A DNA stretch of 64,000 nucleotides from Haliotis cracherodii (lineage: Eukaryota). The notes beneath the pieces are model-generated. The model was not told the DNA's origin, made no database searches, and saw only the letters and a program-made list of their open reading frames with translations. Shown here one piece after another: positions 49,601 through 62,169 of this stretch. The stretch spans positions 53,444,001 to 53,508,000 of the forward strand of contig NW_027266308.1 in NCBI RefSeq assembly GCF_022045235.1, given 5' to 3'. Each line of letters opens with the position of its first letter. The stretch's first letter is position 1. A program made the position numbers and the translations under genes.

Positions 49601-52600
49601 TCCATCATGTCCAACATACTCCAGTAAGTAGCTTGATGGCCAAGCTTGGCTGAGATTGTTTGGATAATCAGTGCCACTCACGATAGCTGTGGCTTCTGTG
49701 TGGCTTGTGGACAAGCATTGTAGCATCTACCAAAGTTGCCCTGTTGTAGTAAATTGTATGAATGTTCACAATTCACTGTGCCAATTATTCTATACCAGAA
49801 TGGACAAACCCATGATATATTTTCTGTAAAAAACTTGTTACCGGGGCGGTATTTGAAAAAAAACCTGGACATTCATGACCTTGATGACTGAGGTCATGCG
49901 TAGGTGTATCCAAAATCAACACTGCTGTCTTGAATGTGACATGTTCCTTGATGTGAATACATGTACTATATGACTCAGAGCTGTCATGCTTGACTGCACA
50001 GGTAATGTCCACATTGTTGCTTCCTACCAGGCTTATCTTGCTGCACGAGGTACCCATCGTCCAGAGTCGGTCAGACCGGCAACAGATTGAGCTGAAACAA
50101 AGGGGCAAATCTGATGTCATCTTCTCCTTCCACAAAGCCATTGGCACCTATGGTGAGTGACAGTGTTGTGTGTTTCATATACGTTCATAGGGTGTTTCAT
50201 CCTGATTGAATCCGTGAAGATCCGGGGTAGAATAGGTCTTCAGTAACCCATGCTTGCTGTAAAAGGCGACTATGTTTGTCATTAGAGGCAACTCACGGAA
50301 TCGGGTGGTCAGGCTAGCTGACCTGGTTGATGCATGCCATCGTATCCCAATTGCATGGATCATGATGTCAATCACTGGATTGTCTGACCCAGCCTCGATT
50401 ATTTACTGTCATATGGCTAGAATATTCTGAGTGTGGCATGAAACAAAAAACAAACAAACAAACAAATCATCCTGATTCAAGGTCACTGGTACTGACGGTA
50501 CGAGTATTTAGATTAGTCATCATATTCTTCATCCAGGCCATTGGTACCAATGGTTCCAATATACAGTTTGATCATCATGTTTTTCAAGAAGGCCAAATGG
50601 TATTCATGGGGAGTGACAGAAAATGTTGTGTACTTGACATAGTTAAATAGTTCATTATTTTAGCATTCCACAAGGTTATTTGTACCATTGGTAAGACCTT
50701 TCTGATATGGTGTTATATCCTCCCTTCAGAAGGCCTTCGGTACCAATGGTAAAACTTTTCTGATATGTTGTTATATCCTCCTTTCAGAAGGCCTTTGGTA
50801 CCAATGGTAAGACCTTTCTGATATGGTGTTATATCCTCCCTTCAGAAGGCCTTTGGTACCAATGGTAAAACTTTTCTGATCTGGTGTTATATCCTCCTTT
50901 CAGAAGGCCTTTGGTACCAATGGTAAAACCTTTCTGATATGGTGTTATATCCTCCTTTCAGAAGGCCTTTGGTACCAATGGTAAGACCTTTCTGATATGG
51001 TGTTATATCCTCCTTTCAGAAGGCCTTTGGTACCAATGGTAAGAACTTTCTGATCTGGTGTTATATCCTCCTTTCAGAAGGCCTTTGGTACCAATGGTAT
51101 GAGCTTTCTGATATGGTGTTATATCCTCCTTTCAGAAGGCCTTTGGTACCAGTGGTATGAGCTTTCTGATATGGTGTAATATTCTCCTTTCAGGGGGCCT
51201 TTGGTTCCAATGGTAAGGCCTTTCTGATATGGTGTTATATCCTCCTCCCACTAGGCCACTGATACCAATCATAAGCGCTTTCTCATATGGTGATATATCC
51301 TCACCATATAAGTGCAATAATCTTGGACATGAGGTTAAACCCCATTTCACCTCACCTCACCTCACCATCGATGAGGACCACCTCCTTGGTCTAGTGGTAG
51401 AGCGTCCGCCTGGAGAGCGGAAGGTACGGGGTTTGATCCCCAGCCGCGTAATACTCAAAGATGGTACTTAATGTTACCCTGTCTGGCGCTCGGCATAAAG
51501 GGGATAAAACAAGGACTGGTCGGCTCGGAGTCAGTATACTGTGTCTGAGTGGGGTATTCATGTTAAACTGCGGCATGGTATCTCAGTGAGCTAGCACTAT
51601 AAATCGGCATTAGTCCAGACTAGTACAAGCAGCCACACACACACGTGCATGCATGTCGCTATATAAATGCAATAATTTTGGACGCAACGTTAAACCCAAT
51701 TTCACCTCACATCACCTCACCACTGATTTCATTGCCACATAAGAACTGTAACAGAAAGTACAGACTATCTTAAAAATCATGACAGAGTCATCAGAGATCT
51801 GAGCGTGCCTTGTTTATGCATCTACATTTCATCTTTGATAGGGTTATGAGATCAGGGTACAACCCTGGTACAACCAAATTTTTAATGGTGCAACTGGGTT
51901 TTCATGTCAGCAAGCACCTGGTACAAGTTAAATGAAGTTCCTTTAATCAAGCCCTGTTATTAGGAGCTCTTCTCTTGCAAATATGTTTGATAGCCATCTT
52001 ATTCTTGAAATGGGAATTATGTTTCACATATGAAGGACATTTTTCATAAAAATAATTTCTTGATTTACATGATATAAGAATAGTTTATTATTTTTCTTGT
52101 TGCTCCCTAGATATGCTTGTAAGTGTGTCCAAATAGTCACATGTTAAAATAAATTATTTAAAACATTGGTTTCTCTGTCAAGCAGCTCTGTATATTATTT
52201 GTAGACTGGGATCTCTGTCAACAAAGTCACCTTGCTTAATCATTATGAATTTATAATTAGAACTATTTATGATTTGGGGAAAATTGAACAGTATGAACAT
52301 TATCTGTAGATTGATCATTTCATCAGAAGGAGCAAGTGCTAAAGTATGGATTGTCGTGTTACAGCAATTATAGTATGATATATTTGTGTCAATTAAGAGA
52401 ACCACCAATCACTGTGAGAGAGACATCCGTAGCCGGAAACCAGACTATTTCAGGTAGTGTGGAGCCAGTGTTCCAAATGAGAGAAATCAATAAAAGACAG
52501 CAGTGAACCACCTGGACGCCACGCTGGAACAGCTTGCTGCCTAACACCATTAGTTGGCTCCAGCATAGAGCAATGATGAAACATGACGCCCACTTGGAAT

Positions 52601-55600
52601 TCTCTGTTGTTACGAAAGAAACATTTTTTCTCTTGTTATTGGACTGGTGACCATGATGAAGGAAATATAATGCTACTTGTGATTGTTCGGTTTCAGTAGT
52701 CAACCGGAATTGAGACAGCTATGAATTTTTTTATTTCACAATACTTTTTTCCCTTCTATAAAAATCCCTTTATTTCTAATGATTATTTTGTAATGCTAGT
52801 TTTATCATCTGGATTGGTTTTAATCTAATTAAGTGCAGATATTCAACAGTTGTGCTACAAGAGTCAAACGGAACTATCCTTTGTCTGATATTTGAAGTGA
52901 TAAAATCAATACAAAGCTAATTGGTGATTGTTTTGTTGTTAATAGCCTGGGGTAGACACCATATTGGAATAATGTGTGTCCTGATACACAGTTCACTATG
53001 ATGATCATGAGGATTAGGGATTATACGTGTATGGTTTAAATATTTGTAGGTAAAGTGTAGTTTGTTGATTCAAGAAAACAGCTCCCTAGTAGTAGAGCGT
53101 AACAGAAATTTGGGTTAAAAAATGTTGTTGATTGTTGTTTAAGTACACAAAAGTGAGCAGTATACAACATTGGATTAGTTCTGAGGTCTTAAAAGTTCAG
53201 GTACAGTTGACCACTCTCGTACACTGACACGGGACCAACATTCAACTATTGGTAGGTTGTCAGTGTCACATGGCTGTCTTTCATTGAGTGAAACAAATAT
53301 TGAAAATCTGAAAAGTTTTGTGAGCAGGAAAGTAATGCGGAAACTGCGAGTGACACATCATGTCGCAGTAAATCAACAACAAACAAAAGATGTAAGGAAG
53401 CATATTTCTGGAATTAACGTCAAGACGTTTTCAAACCAGCCAGTACATGATTAATGCATAATCCCAAAGAATAAATATAATAAGTTTTTGTTTTTTTCAA
53501 CAATCCAGATTTGATTAATTTAGGACAGGAGGTATGAAAAGTTTGAGGTAATTTATGATGGCCTGATTTTTGGGTTACACTTGTTGCAAATCAGAATGGA
53601 CTTCTGCTTCACCCACACCCGGCATACACCCACTGTAACATACGGAGGCCCCAGAAGCGTTATCTCTCGCATCAGGAAGCTTGGTGTGAGGCAGCACCAT
53701 ATGGGTTGATAGTCATAATAGGATGTAGCTGGTGCCATCATGTTGGAACCATGTGTTTGATTCACCTTATACATCTGGAGTGAGTGAGTGAGTGAGTATG
53801 GTGTTACGCCGCTTTTAACAATATTCCAGCAATATCACGGCGGGGGAAATGGGCTTCACTACATCTGGAGAAATTCTATTTTTTTATTTCTACTCCAGAG
53901 GAAACCTTACTTCACTGGTCACCAAAGTTGTAGCTTGTCATCTGCTTGAACTAGATGAAAAAATGATATGTTTACATTTTCGGTCAGTTTTATTCAGTTC
54001 CAGTTTGTAGTTTAATTGAAGCATTGAGGTCTGATCGATTGAATTTCAATTTCATTCTAAGAAATCTGACATTGGCTTATGTTATGATTTTTGTGGGTTT
54101 TAAGCTTGTTAAACATTAGATATCCTTTGACAGTATTGTCAACATAATCTGAAATTTGGCTCTTTCAATTTTCCACAAGCTCCATATCTTTCATATTGAT
54201 TCCCTATAAAACATTGTGGCCCTTCAGAAAAGCACCAACTTTGAGACCTGCTATAAAGGCTTGAAAACAAAACAAAAAGCAACCCAAAAACAATAGCAAT
54301 AAACAAAACAGGATGGAATGTGATACAAAACAATGTTACAGTGCAAGAGACTTTAGACAATCAGCAGGGCAGTTACCATGGTTACCTCAAGAGCATCACA
54401 GGAACTGCAAAATGGGAAATGTGATTTTGTAGAATCCTAGCAGACAAACTTAGCGGACTTGAACCTCAGCAGACAAAACACGATATAAAAAAAGTGTTAA
54501 TACTACTAGCGATGTAAGCAATTAAATGTAACCAAAAGAACACCAGACACCAGAATGTGAACTGACGACACAGGGCTGACCAACGCATCACTATCATTTG
54601 CATTAATTAATAATCTTAATCAAGGAATAAGATGAAGAAATGTACTTCTAGTTCTGTCTTAGTCACACATCCTCACAAACATGGCCTAACACATTCCAGC
54701 TAGTGATTCTCTTTAAGGGCTGTGCAGGTGTTTGGAAGTTCAGTTTTTGGACATTAAAATTAGAAGATACATTCTATTAAGTGTTGTTCATAAGATGTTC
54801 TGAATAGAGTGTGAGATCAAAGCTGAGATCCATTCAACCATATCTTATGTACATGTATTCGATTCATAGGCTATAGGGCTGGGACGGGTAACTCGGGTAC
54901 TCAGGTCGGGTGGGTCCTGAGTAGGACCCGGGTACCTACGTGTCTAACCGGACCCGTGGTTAGTCACGTGACATACTGTTTAATGACATTAACAATAAAA
55001 CTCAATGGTTTCCGGTACACTACAAGTATAGCTAATGTTCACATTTCTTTCTCACTATGCAGGCATGCGTTCTGACTTTTATATGTTTGAGTAAGGATAA
55101 AGCGTCTGTCAACTGCAGTGTATACATGATGAGATAGTTTATATACGTGTATCAAAATAGTTTTTGCCAGGGCTGTGGTAAACGTAGATGAAAGTAAAAT
55201 TTTCACTAAATAGTTAGAAGGCAGTTGTATACCCCTTGTACACTGTGTTTTCTATAAATATTGTAATATTGACAAGGGGGTGGAGGGGGATGGCAATCAT
55301 GACCAACTCATGTTATTCCGGGACAAGCCGAAGAGCAACTAGTGACTGTCTCGTAGCCATTTAACAACTGGGTTCGGTCTAAGCACAAATGGGGGGAACA
55401 GGGTGCTTAATACAGCAAATACCATATTCGACGTAATAAGCGCCCAGGGCGTTCTCAAAATTTGAAATATGGGGTTCTTATTAGAATAAAATTTTAGTGG
55501 AAAGATGGTAAATTTCGTGGTTTATGCTGACAGCCTAAAATGATACAAAAGACAAGTCTGTGCGTATTATATGTATATTATTTTTCCAGAATTTAATTGC

Positions 55601-58600
55601 CCATTATTGAGGGTGCCTATTACACACGAGTGCGTATTTTACACGAATAAATAAGTCTTGTGTACATTGATCAATTGGAGGGGTTGCTAATTGGGAATGT
55701 TCACTAGCCAATATATTACCAAATAATGCTGTGGGCTCTTATTAGAGCGGGGGGCTTATTACGTCGAATACGGTAATGTACAACTGATCATATTGATGGC
55801 CAGAAACTTCATGTCAGCCTTGTGCTCATATCCAAACGGTCATTGAGACCCAGCTTCAGGTCATTCAATTGACATTAAAGCTTCAGGCACATTCACACCT
55901 CAGTAGTGGCTGTTGAGATAACCAGATAAGGCCACTTTATGTACGTGGCGTGGATTCAGGTGACATCCTGGATGGTAGAGCAGTGTGTTAAGCACAGACA
56001 GATAGATACAGGTGATAGACCATCTAGATAGAGGTCTGGTTTTAGGTTTCATCATTGGGACATAGGGACATTTAGTGCGTGTGTGGAGCAGATCAAAATC
56101 TCCTCACTGTCATCAGTGATCTGAACACTGAAGTCCTTTCACTCAAGAAGGTGTAGGGTGACTGCACCAGGGAACTCTAGCCAAAAGAGGTCGTTAAACA
56201 AATCTCCATTGATGTTGACGCTGATGTAGGAGAGTAAAAAAATCAAGCTATCAACCACAGTTTGCCAGGCTTAAACTTGACTTCTAATAAGCCACCATGA
56301 TCAATTACATCGTGTCTTTGAGAGGCATTTAGAAGTTGGAGTAATAAGTAAGGATAAGATATATGGATGAACAACTTCTTTATTACAATTAGGAGTGTCG
56401 TTTCTGTGGAGGTTCTGACACCATTATCAAGCAAGTGATGACTTGGTGTTAGAACCTTCACAGAAACTTAGGATTAATTACAAATCAACCACAGTTTGGC
56501 CAGGCTCACTCAAAGTAAGAAAAATGTTTAATGTCAACGTGTTCCTGGCGGGATTCAAGGTTACAATAGGTCCCCATCGATTATGCTGGCCATAGGTGAC
56601 TAAGTGGAGGTCAAGTCAGGCTTGGTGACTTGGTTGCATGTCATGTTGAATATTTTGCATTGCATTGCATATCACATACTTATATACAGTCAAGTCTTGA
56701 TAATCTGACACTCATTAATCAGTCTTGTTAATCTGACACAGTGATCAGCGTATTCCGTGGTCATCTGCCTACGAGTACACAGCCCCTGTTTTGATGCGAG
56801 ACCAGTCGGCTGGTAGCTGCATATTACAATGGCTGCAGAGATAAACTTGCTTAACAATCAACAATTAATGCTTTAAATAAACAAAACAGGATTAATCACA
56901 TGCTTTGATTACCTCAATCTCTTTAAAATCAGATACAAGTTCTCGTCAGAACGACCTTTCACAACTGGGCTGACCAATGAAATGACTAACAGGAAGACGA
57001 CATTAGCCAATAAGAAAGCAGCTTTCTTGAGCTTTGCAGCACCAGTTTCAAACTGGTTAAAAAAATGTTGTATATATTGCATTGCATATCACATTCTTAT
57101 ATACATGTACTTGGAATCTGATATGTTGATGAAACTTTGTAAGCATATCAGATATCATACATATCTGGGTTAATATAGTTCCCAAGCATCCTATGTTTGT
57201 TTTGAAAGGCGACGGAATGGAATCGGGCGGTCAGGCTAGGTGACTTGGTTGATGTGTGTCATCGTATCCCAATTGCATAGATTGATGCTCATGATATCAA
57301 TCACTGGATTGTCTGTTATTTACAGACCGCCGTCATACAGCTGAAATATTGCTGGAAGTGGCGTTGAACAACAAACAAAACCAATGTACAGACTGATTGT
57401 GTGACTTTGTACCTTGTCAGAGTGGGATTATGCTCACAATCCAGTGTTTATTAAAAACATCATACATCAGTTTAGGACATGTTAAATTTTCTTGGTATTT
57501 CATCATGGAATTTAGAGTTTTGAAAATATATGTAACATGGTTATCTAAAATGCTTGGAACAGATTGAAAGCATTTAAACAATAGGGAATCATTTAGTCAT
57601 CAAATGCAATGTCTATTGTACTCACAAGGTTTAGAATTAAAGTGCACCTTTTTTAATATGATTTTATATATAATACATATCTTTTTTTATTGTTTGCATA
57701 TATTTAAAAGGTCAGGGGATATCAATGTGTTGTTATTTATTCAAACCAACTGAAAGTGGTAGCTTGAACCTTTAGGATGATGTCTAGTGCAATAATAGGA
57801 CTTTCTTCATGACACTAACATAATATGTTAGGTGGCTTTTTTATATAAACATACTAAATGAAAACCAAATCAAATTGAGAAAAAATCCCTCAGACTCTTC
57901 TAAGAAACCAGCCTAGGAACAATTGATTTGCAAGTACAGCAAGTCCGTGTTAAACCAACTTGCTTACTGTTGGTTTTCTGTAGTCATGCTTTGTGAATTG
58001 ATAATTCCATGTCTGTCATGTTTATGTTACCTAATGGTGTGTGTGTGTGTGCATATTACAGAGCACCGGGTGTTCATGGAAGTGGCTTATGCTTACCAGG
58101 ATCGCTACAAGTTCGGGCTCACGACAGAAACAAAGACTGCAGAAGGGCTCAAGTAAGCAACAGTGAACATCTTAAATGGGGACTAGTTTTTAAACAGTTA
58201 GCATTTGTAGCGAGTTTGATTCTAGTCCTCAAACATCATGCTGCTTGTCTGCTTGCCATGTCTTATATCAATGGAGCAGTTACTGGTGCACTAATTGTGG
58301 CAGTGTCAGTATTTGTAAGATATTATGTTGAACACATGACCTGCCTTAGCTGAAGTATTGAAAGTTACTGCCATAGCTATTTCTTGATCAGTTGGGGGGC
58401 ACGGGTGGCCCCGTCGTCTAAGGTGCCGCAATTGGCTGTGCAGAGTTGCATCCCTTGGGCATGCCAGAAACCTATGATTGTGGGTTCGAATCCTGGTTCG
58501 CCCCAATTATGTTTCTAGGTTTGTCAGCACCATACCCGTGCTTGTGGGTTTCACCGAAGTGGTAAACGACTGAAACCTGCATCTCTTCGGGCTTCCCTCC

Positions 58601-61491
58601 CACATTAAGCTGACACACCGCAATATAACTGGAATACTGTTAAAAGCGGCGTTAAACACAACTCACTCACTCATCCTGATCAGTTAGACCATCCAGGATG
58701 TCACGTGTGAGTCCACACCACACAGATCAGAGATAATAAGACATTGCATCTACCATCTAGTGTAGCTGCTGTTGAAACCTTGAAGTATTCTCTTTATGAC
58801 AGGGAGGCTGACACTGTGACCATCTCCGATGATGCAGCGGTGTGGGTGCTGTACTGTCGTGATGCTGATGAGGACAGCGAAGGGTGTCCCAGTGTCCGGT
58901 ACCGAGGCAAGATGGACCTTCCCTCTCTTGCTGTCTTCCTCAAGGCCCTTAGCCTGCCCAGAATAGTATGTAGACTATGCTGTAGTGTATTATGTCAAAT
59001 GGAATTAGTAAAATCTGATCTTTTACCCCAATACAATACCTCTCTGCTTGTAGATCAGAGGACACGTCCCTTAATGGGAGGTCACATAAGGTGAACTTTC
59101 AATCAACCAATCAACCAATGATTTTTCTAAATTCTTGGTAGGAGTGAACGGACCAATCAGACAAGCATATCTGATTTCTGTATCTCAAAAATGAAACAAA
59201 TGAAGAAATGGGACAAAATAATGCTGCATTATTATATTGTGAATATGTTATGCATCCTGTCATTTGTGAGCACCATGGCAAATACACCCAAAATGGTTGC
59301 TATGTAGGGTATATATTTGTTCTGAATTCGAAATTTCTGAATCATAGTGGTAAAGAAATGAAGCCACATCATTTTAGAAAGCTGACATCTGATTGGTTCA
59401 AGAACCGAAGCATCCTTCGTTTTGATTGGACAGTCAAAGTTTGCTCAGAGTCCACCTGATATGCAGTTTTATGTGGGTTTCCTAAGATCTTCATGGGCAT
59501 AGGTGGCCCCGTCATCTAAGGCGCCACGATTCACTGTGCAGAGTTGTGTCCCTTGGGTACGCCAGAAACCTATGATTGTGGGTTTGAATCCCAGACCTGC
59601 ATCACTTTGGGCTTTCCTCCCACATTAAGCTGACACACCGCGATATAACTGGAATACTGTTAAAAGCGGCGTTAAACCCAACTCACTCACTCACTCTATT
59701 CACCAAGCCACAGGATGTGACCACCCGACCATTGATGGATTGGGACATTGCTCATAGCATCAATAACTGGTTTGCCTGGTCCAGCATAGATTATTGGTAG
59801 ACTGCAGTAGCAGTGGTATTTCTGGAATATAGCTGACTGCAGCATTATACAACAAACAAACACGTCTGTGTGTACAGCAGGTTCTTTGATGTGATATCAC
59901 ACTTCCTCTTGTCACTGTGTGATGGACATTTCACAGAGGTAATTACCAAATAATAAAGCAGTTTTTAGTATACCTTTTCAAAGTGGAATGGGGAAATAAA
60001 TTAGTTGTAGAATCAATGTTGTTTAATGTATAAGGAGTCACTGTAGCCGTATTTGATGTAATAAGCACCCCGGTGAAATAGAAATAGGGGGCTCTTATAA
60101 GCATATAATTTTGGTGAGAGAAAACCAAGAGTTGAAAGATTGTAAATTTTATGGTTTATGCTGACAGCCTGAAATTATATAAAAGAAGGATCTGTGCGTA
60201 TTATACACGATAGATATATTTTCGAGAATTTAATTGCCCATAATTAAGCGTGCATATAACACATGAGTACGTATTATACACGAATATATAAGTCTTGTGA
60301 ACATTGATCAATTGGAAAGGGTGCTAACTTGGACTGTTCACTAGCCAATATATGAGCAAATATCGCCATGGGTGCTTATTGGAACAGGGTGCTTATTATG
60401 TCGAATACAGTATCTAGATACATCATGATAATACATTTCAAAATAGCTGCACCTCTTGAATCCTGATATCTTTTAAATAGCAGACCTGTTTACTCCTAGG
60501 GTTTCTCCATAGTTCCTAAGGATTATTTAATAAAAACATGACAACGAATCCAGGTGAATAAAATACAAATTTTGAGAATGTATACATTAAGTTCTTAATG
60601 ATGAAGTAATATTACTTCTAATTTGAAACAAGGGTATCAATAGTTGTTCAACCAATTGAGCATGACGGAAATAAACCTGTTGCATTGGGCGTAATAATAT
60701 CGAGCAGACGCTCAGACTTCCAAACCAAAGTCTGATGACCTTTATTGGTCAGTCAAGGTCAGTGAAGGCTATAGTTAAACCAAGAAAGTGATTCAAGGAT
60801 ACATACAATAAGATCTGGACGTGTCTTTAATTCTTACTGGGGCGGCTGGGTAGCCTAGTGGTTAAAGTGTTCGCTCGTCACGCTGAAGACCCGGGTTCGA
60901 TTCCCGACATGGGTACAATAGTTGAAGTCTATTTCTGGTGTCCCCCGCCATGATATTGCTGGGATAAAAACTAAAAACGGCGTAAAACCATACTTACTTA
61001 CTCACTTTAACTCTTACTACCTCAAAGAGGGGACGGTCATTTGTTCATTGTAACATGTCTGAGATTGACTTCACCTGATCGCACGCTGTCATAATGACCA
61101 CTGACAAACAGCTGAAACTACTGACAGATTCCTAGTGAACTACGGGTATGGCCAGTGAGGAGTAAACAGGTTGGTAATAGTGCCAGTATAAACTGAATAC
61201 ATTAAAACAACTTGATGCCAGTAATGATGTGCATGTGTAGATGATCATGACAAAGATCAACGTAAAAACAAAAGATGAAGGAGTTTCTGTAGTTTTGTGA
61301 CCGTTCCACCTTTTCCTCCGCGTCCCCTAGTTTGAGCTCCCAGAGCACGGCACCATCCCGAGCTGCCGCAACGAGAAATTCCACTGTGTGTTCCTCTACT
61401 ACGACAGAGACACCAAGGAGCAGGTGTTTGAAGCAGCGGAGACCCTCAAGTTTGAGATCTATGGAGTAGCGGGCATAGTCGTTGTTGATAC
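37644..61491 (+). CDS. TXNDC16: Thioredoxin domain-containing protein 16 (ERp90) homolog, 5' part; continues beyond the window
   Basis: Exons 37644-37824, 45291-45373, 46814-46893, 49549-49623, 50031-50152, 58062-58152, 58803-58965, 61331-61491, phase-consistent GT-AG. N-terminal signal peptide. Motifs TMFDVNSI, GKSDVIFSFHKAIG, EHRVFMEVAYAY..YKFGLTTE match TXNDC16 as I recall it. Confidence 0.9.
38563..38725 (+). mobile_element. SINE family A
   Basis: Full length; TSD TCTTGATCC. Confidence 0.9.
39154..39510 (-). mobile_element. SINE family C
   Basis: Reverse complement of the 34390 copy; TSD GATTACCGAC. Confidence 0.9.
39857..40295. mobile_element. Partial inverted copy of the 27354-27883 MITE
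   Basis: Reverse-complement similarity across ~430 bp. Confidence 0.75.
42566..43182. mobile_element. Possible Tc1/mariner-type MITE
   Basis: Imperfect TIRs TACCCTTCACAT / ATGTGAACGGGGTGTA with TA ends. Confidence 0.4.
43440..43807. mobile_element. hAT-like MITE (inverted relative to the 44154 copy)
   Basis: Ends TAGGGCTG..CATCCCTG; GGGTACCC repeats. Confidence 0.75.
44154..44576. mobile_element. hAT-like MITE
   Basis: TIRs TAGGCCTGGGAC / GTCCCAGCCTTA; 8-bp near-TSD GTACATGC / GTACATGA; third, truncated copy at 54875-55173. Confidence 0.8.
45450..45694 (+). mobile_element. SINE family B, full length
   Basis: Starts CCCGTGAAGATC, ends (AAAC)n. Confidence 0.88.
46091..46255 (-). mobile_element. 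SINE family A
   Basis: Reverse complement of family A. Confidence 0.88.
46323..46834 (+). repeat. 73-bp minisatellite (7 copies) containing the TXNDC16 exon-3 acceptor and its first codons
   Basis: TTGTAG|CTGGACTGTAGCAGCGATG at 46376, 46449, 46522, 46595, 46668, 46741 and 46814. Confidence 0.96.
47360..47482 (-). mobile_element. Penelope-type pLTR fragment with hammerhead-like motif
   Basis: Minus strand CACTTGCTTGATAACAGTGTTAGAACCTACACCGAAACGTTGC followed by AATAAA. Confidence 0.65.
47483..48380 (+). mobile_element. Decayed LINE (CR1/L2-like) RT fragment interrupted by a ~390-bp element at ~47757-48145
   Basis: ILAYTDDIALLA, MTVNPEKFKVIYFR, LEVTDSY|KY..LTEHLDY, SVLDYGAAVWG, with stops and frameshifts. 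The insert ends in a long palindrome at ~47998-48143. Confidence 0.8.
49133..49379 (+). mobile_element. SINE family A with expanded (CACT)n microsatellite tail
   Basis: TSD GACATGTT; tail at ~49297-49379. Confidence 0.87.
50212..50466 (+). mobile_element. SINE family B
   Basis: Full length; TSD TCATCCTGATT. Confidence 0.87.
50682..51305 (+). repeat. 58-bp minisatellite (~10.5 copies) derived from the TXNDC16 exon-5 3' end and donor
   Basis: GTACCA recurs every 58 bp from 50682; 36/48 nt identical to 50110-50157. Confidence 0.93.
51376..51722 (+). mobile_element. SINE family C (with a 3' tail fragment at ~51305-51366)
   Basis: Matches 34390-34735. Confidence 0.88.
53781..53859 (-). mobile_element. 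SINE family A, truncated
   Basis: Family-A tail; TSD TACATCTGGAG. Confidence 0.8.
54875..55173. mobile_element. hAT-like MITE, truncated
   Basis: Starts TAGGGCTGGGACG; matches the 44154 copy. Confidence 0.75.
55420..55775. mobile_element. Tc1/mariner-type MITE
   Basis: TIRs TACC(A/G)TATTCGACGTAATAAGC with TA ends; second copy at 60044-60412. Confidence 0.8.
56325..56468. mobile_element. Degenerate Penelope-type pLTR fragment with a short inverted partner
   Basis: Same layout as 30736-30950. Confidence 0.6.
57185..57381 (+). mobile_element. SINE family B, degenerate
   Basis: Family-B body and tail. Confidence 0.8.
58394..58673 (+). mobile_element. SINE family D (tRNA-Leu-like head)
   Basis: GGTGGCC..TCTAAGGYGCC head, GGTTCGAATCC B-box, (CACT)n tail; near-TSD CYTGATCAGTT. 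Confidence 0.82.
59495..59696 (+). mobile_element. SINE family D, internally deleted
   Basis: Matches the 58394 copy. Confidence 0.8.
60044..60412. mobile_element. Tc1/mariner-type MITE, second copy
   Basis: Matches 55420-55775. Confidence 0.78.
60839..61005 (+). mobile_element. SINE family A
   Basis: Full length; near-TSD CTTTAAYTCTTACT. Confidence 0.88.
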
Positions 61492-62039
61492 GTAAGTACA
61501 AATGTCTTTGCATGATTCATGCTATGATGCCTTCAGATTTTAATTACCAGGGCCCACTTACCAGGGTGATCTTAGCGCTAAGATGATCATAACTCCCATA
61601 CTTGAGAATAGGCTTACGATAGTTTTAGTGCTAAGATCGGTTGAGCAATTGGCCCTGGGGTTGTAACTGCTTTAATCTTTTAGCATAGACTTACGACTGT
61701 CGTAACGCTACAATCGCTTTATCGAACAGGGCCTTGGTTTACAAACAAAAAGTTGTGGGGTTGGTTGTCAAAATTAACATGAAAATCAAGAAACATTTTT
61801 ACTGTCTTTACATGTTTGTTGTATTGACCATTTACAGTACAAGTAGTTAACAGTATATTAAGAATGTTTTCATTGCAAGTTTTACCAGATGGCAAATATT
61901 GCATCCTATACTCCTGTAGAAATTGAAATAAGTTTCACTTCACTTCGGGCTTTCCTCCCACATTAAGCTGACACGGCGCGATATAACTAGAATAATGTTC
62001 ACTCGGGCTTTCCTCCCACATTAAGCTGACACGGTGCGA

Positions 62040-62169
62040 NNNNNNNNNNNNNNNNNNNNNNNNNNNNNNNNNNNNNNNNNNNNNNNNNNNNNNNNNNNNN
62101 NNNNNNNNNNNNNNNNNNNNNNNNNNNNNNNNNNNNNNNNNNNNNNNNNNNNNNNNNNNNNNNNNNNNN
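62040..62169. other. Assembly gap (130 N)
   Basis: Run of N. Confidence 1.

Noticed and set aside
55790-56230. Coding-like minus-strand stretch, possible nested pseudogene
   Set aside because: Contains stops and no motif I can recognise; needs BLASTX.
61202-61513. 103-aa minus-strand ORF
   Set aside because: Antisense shadow of TXNDC16 exon 61331-61491.
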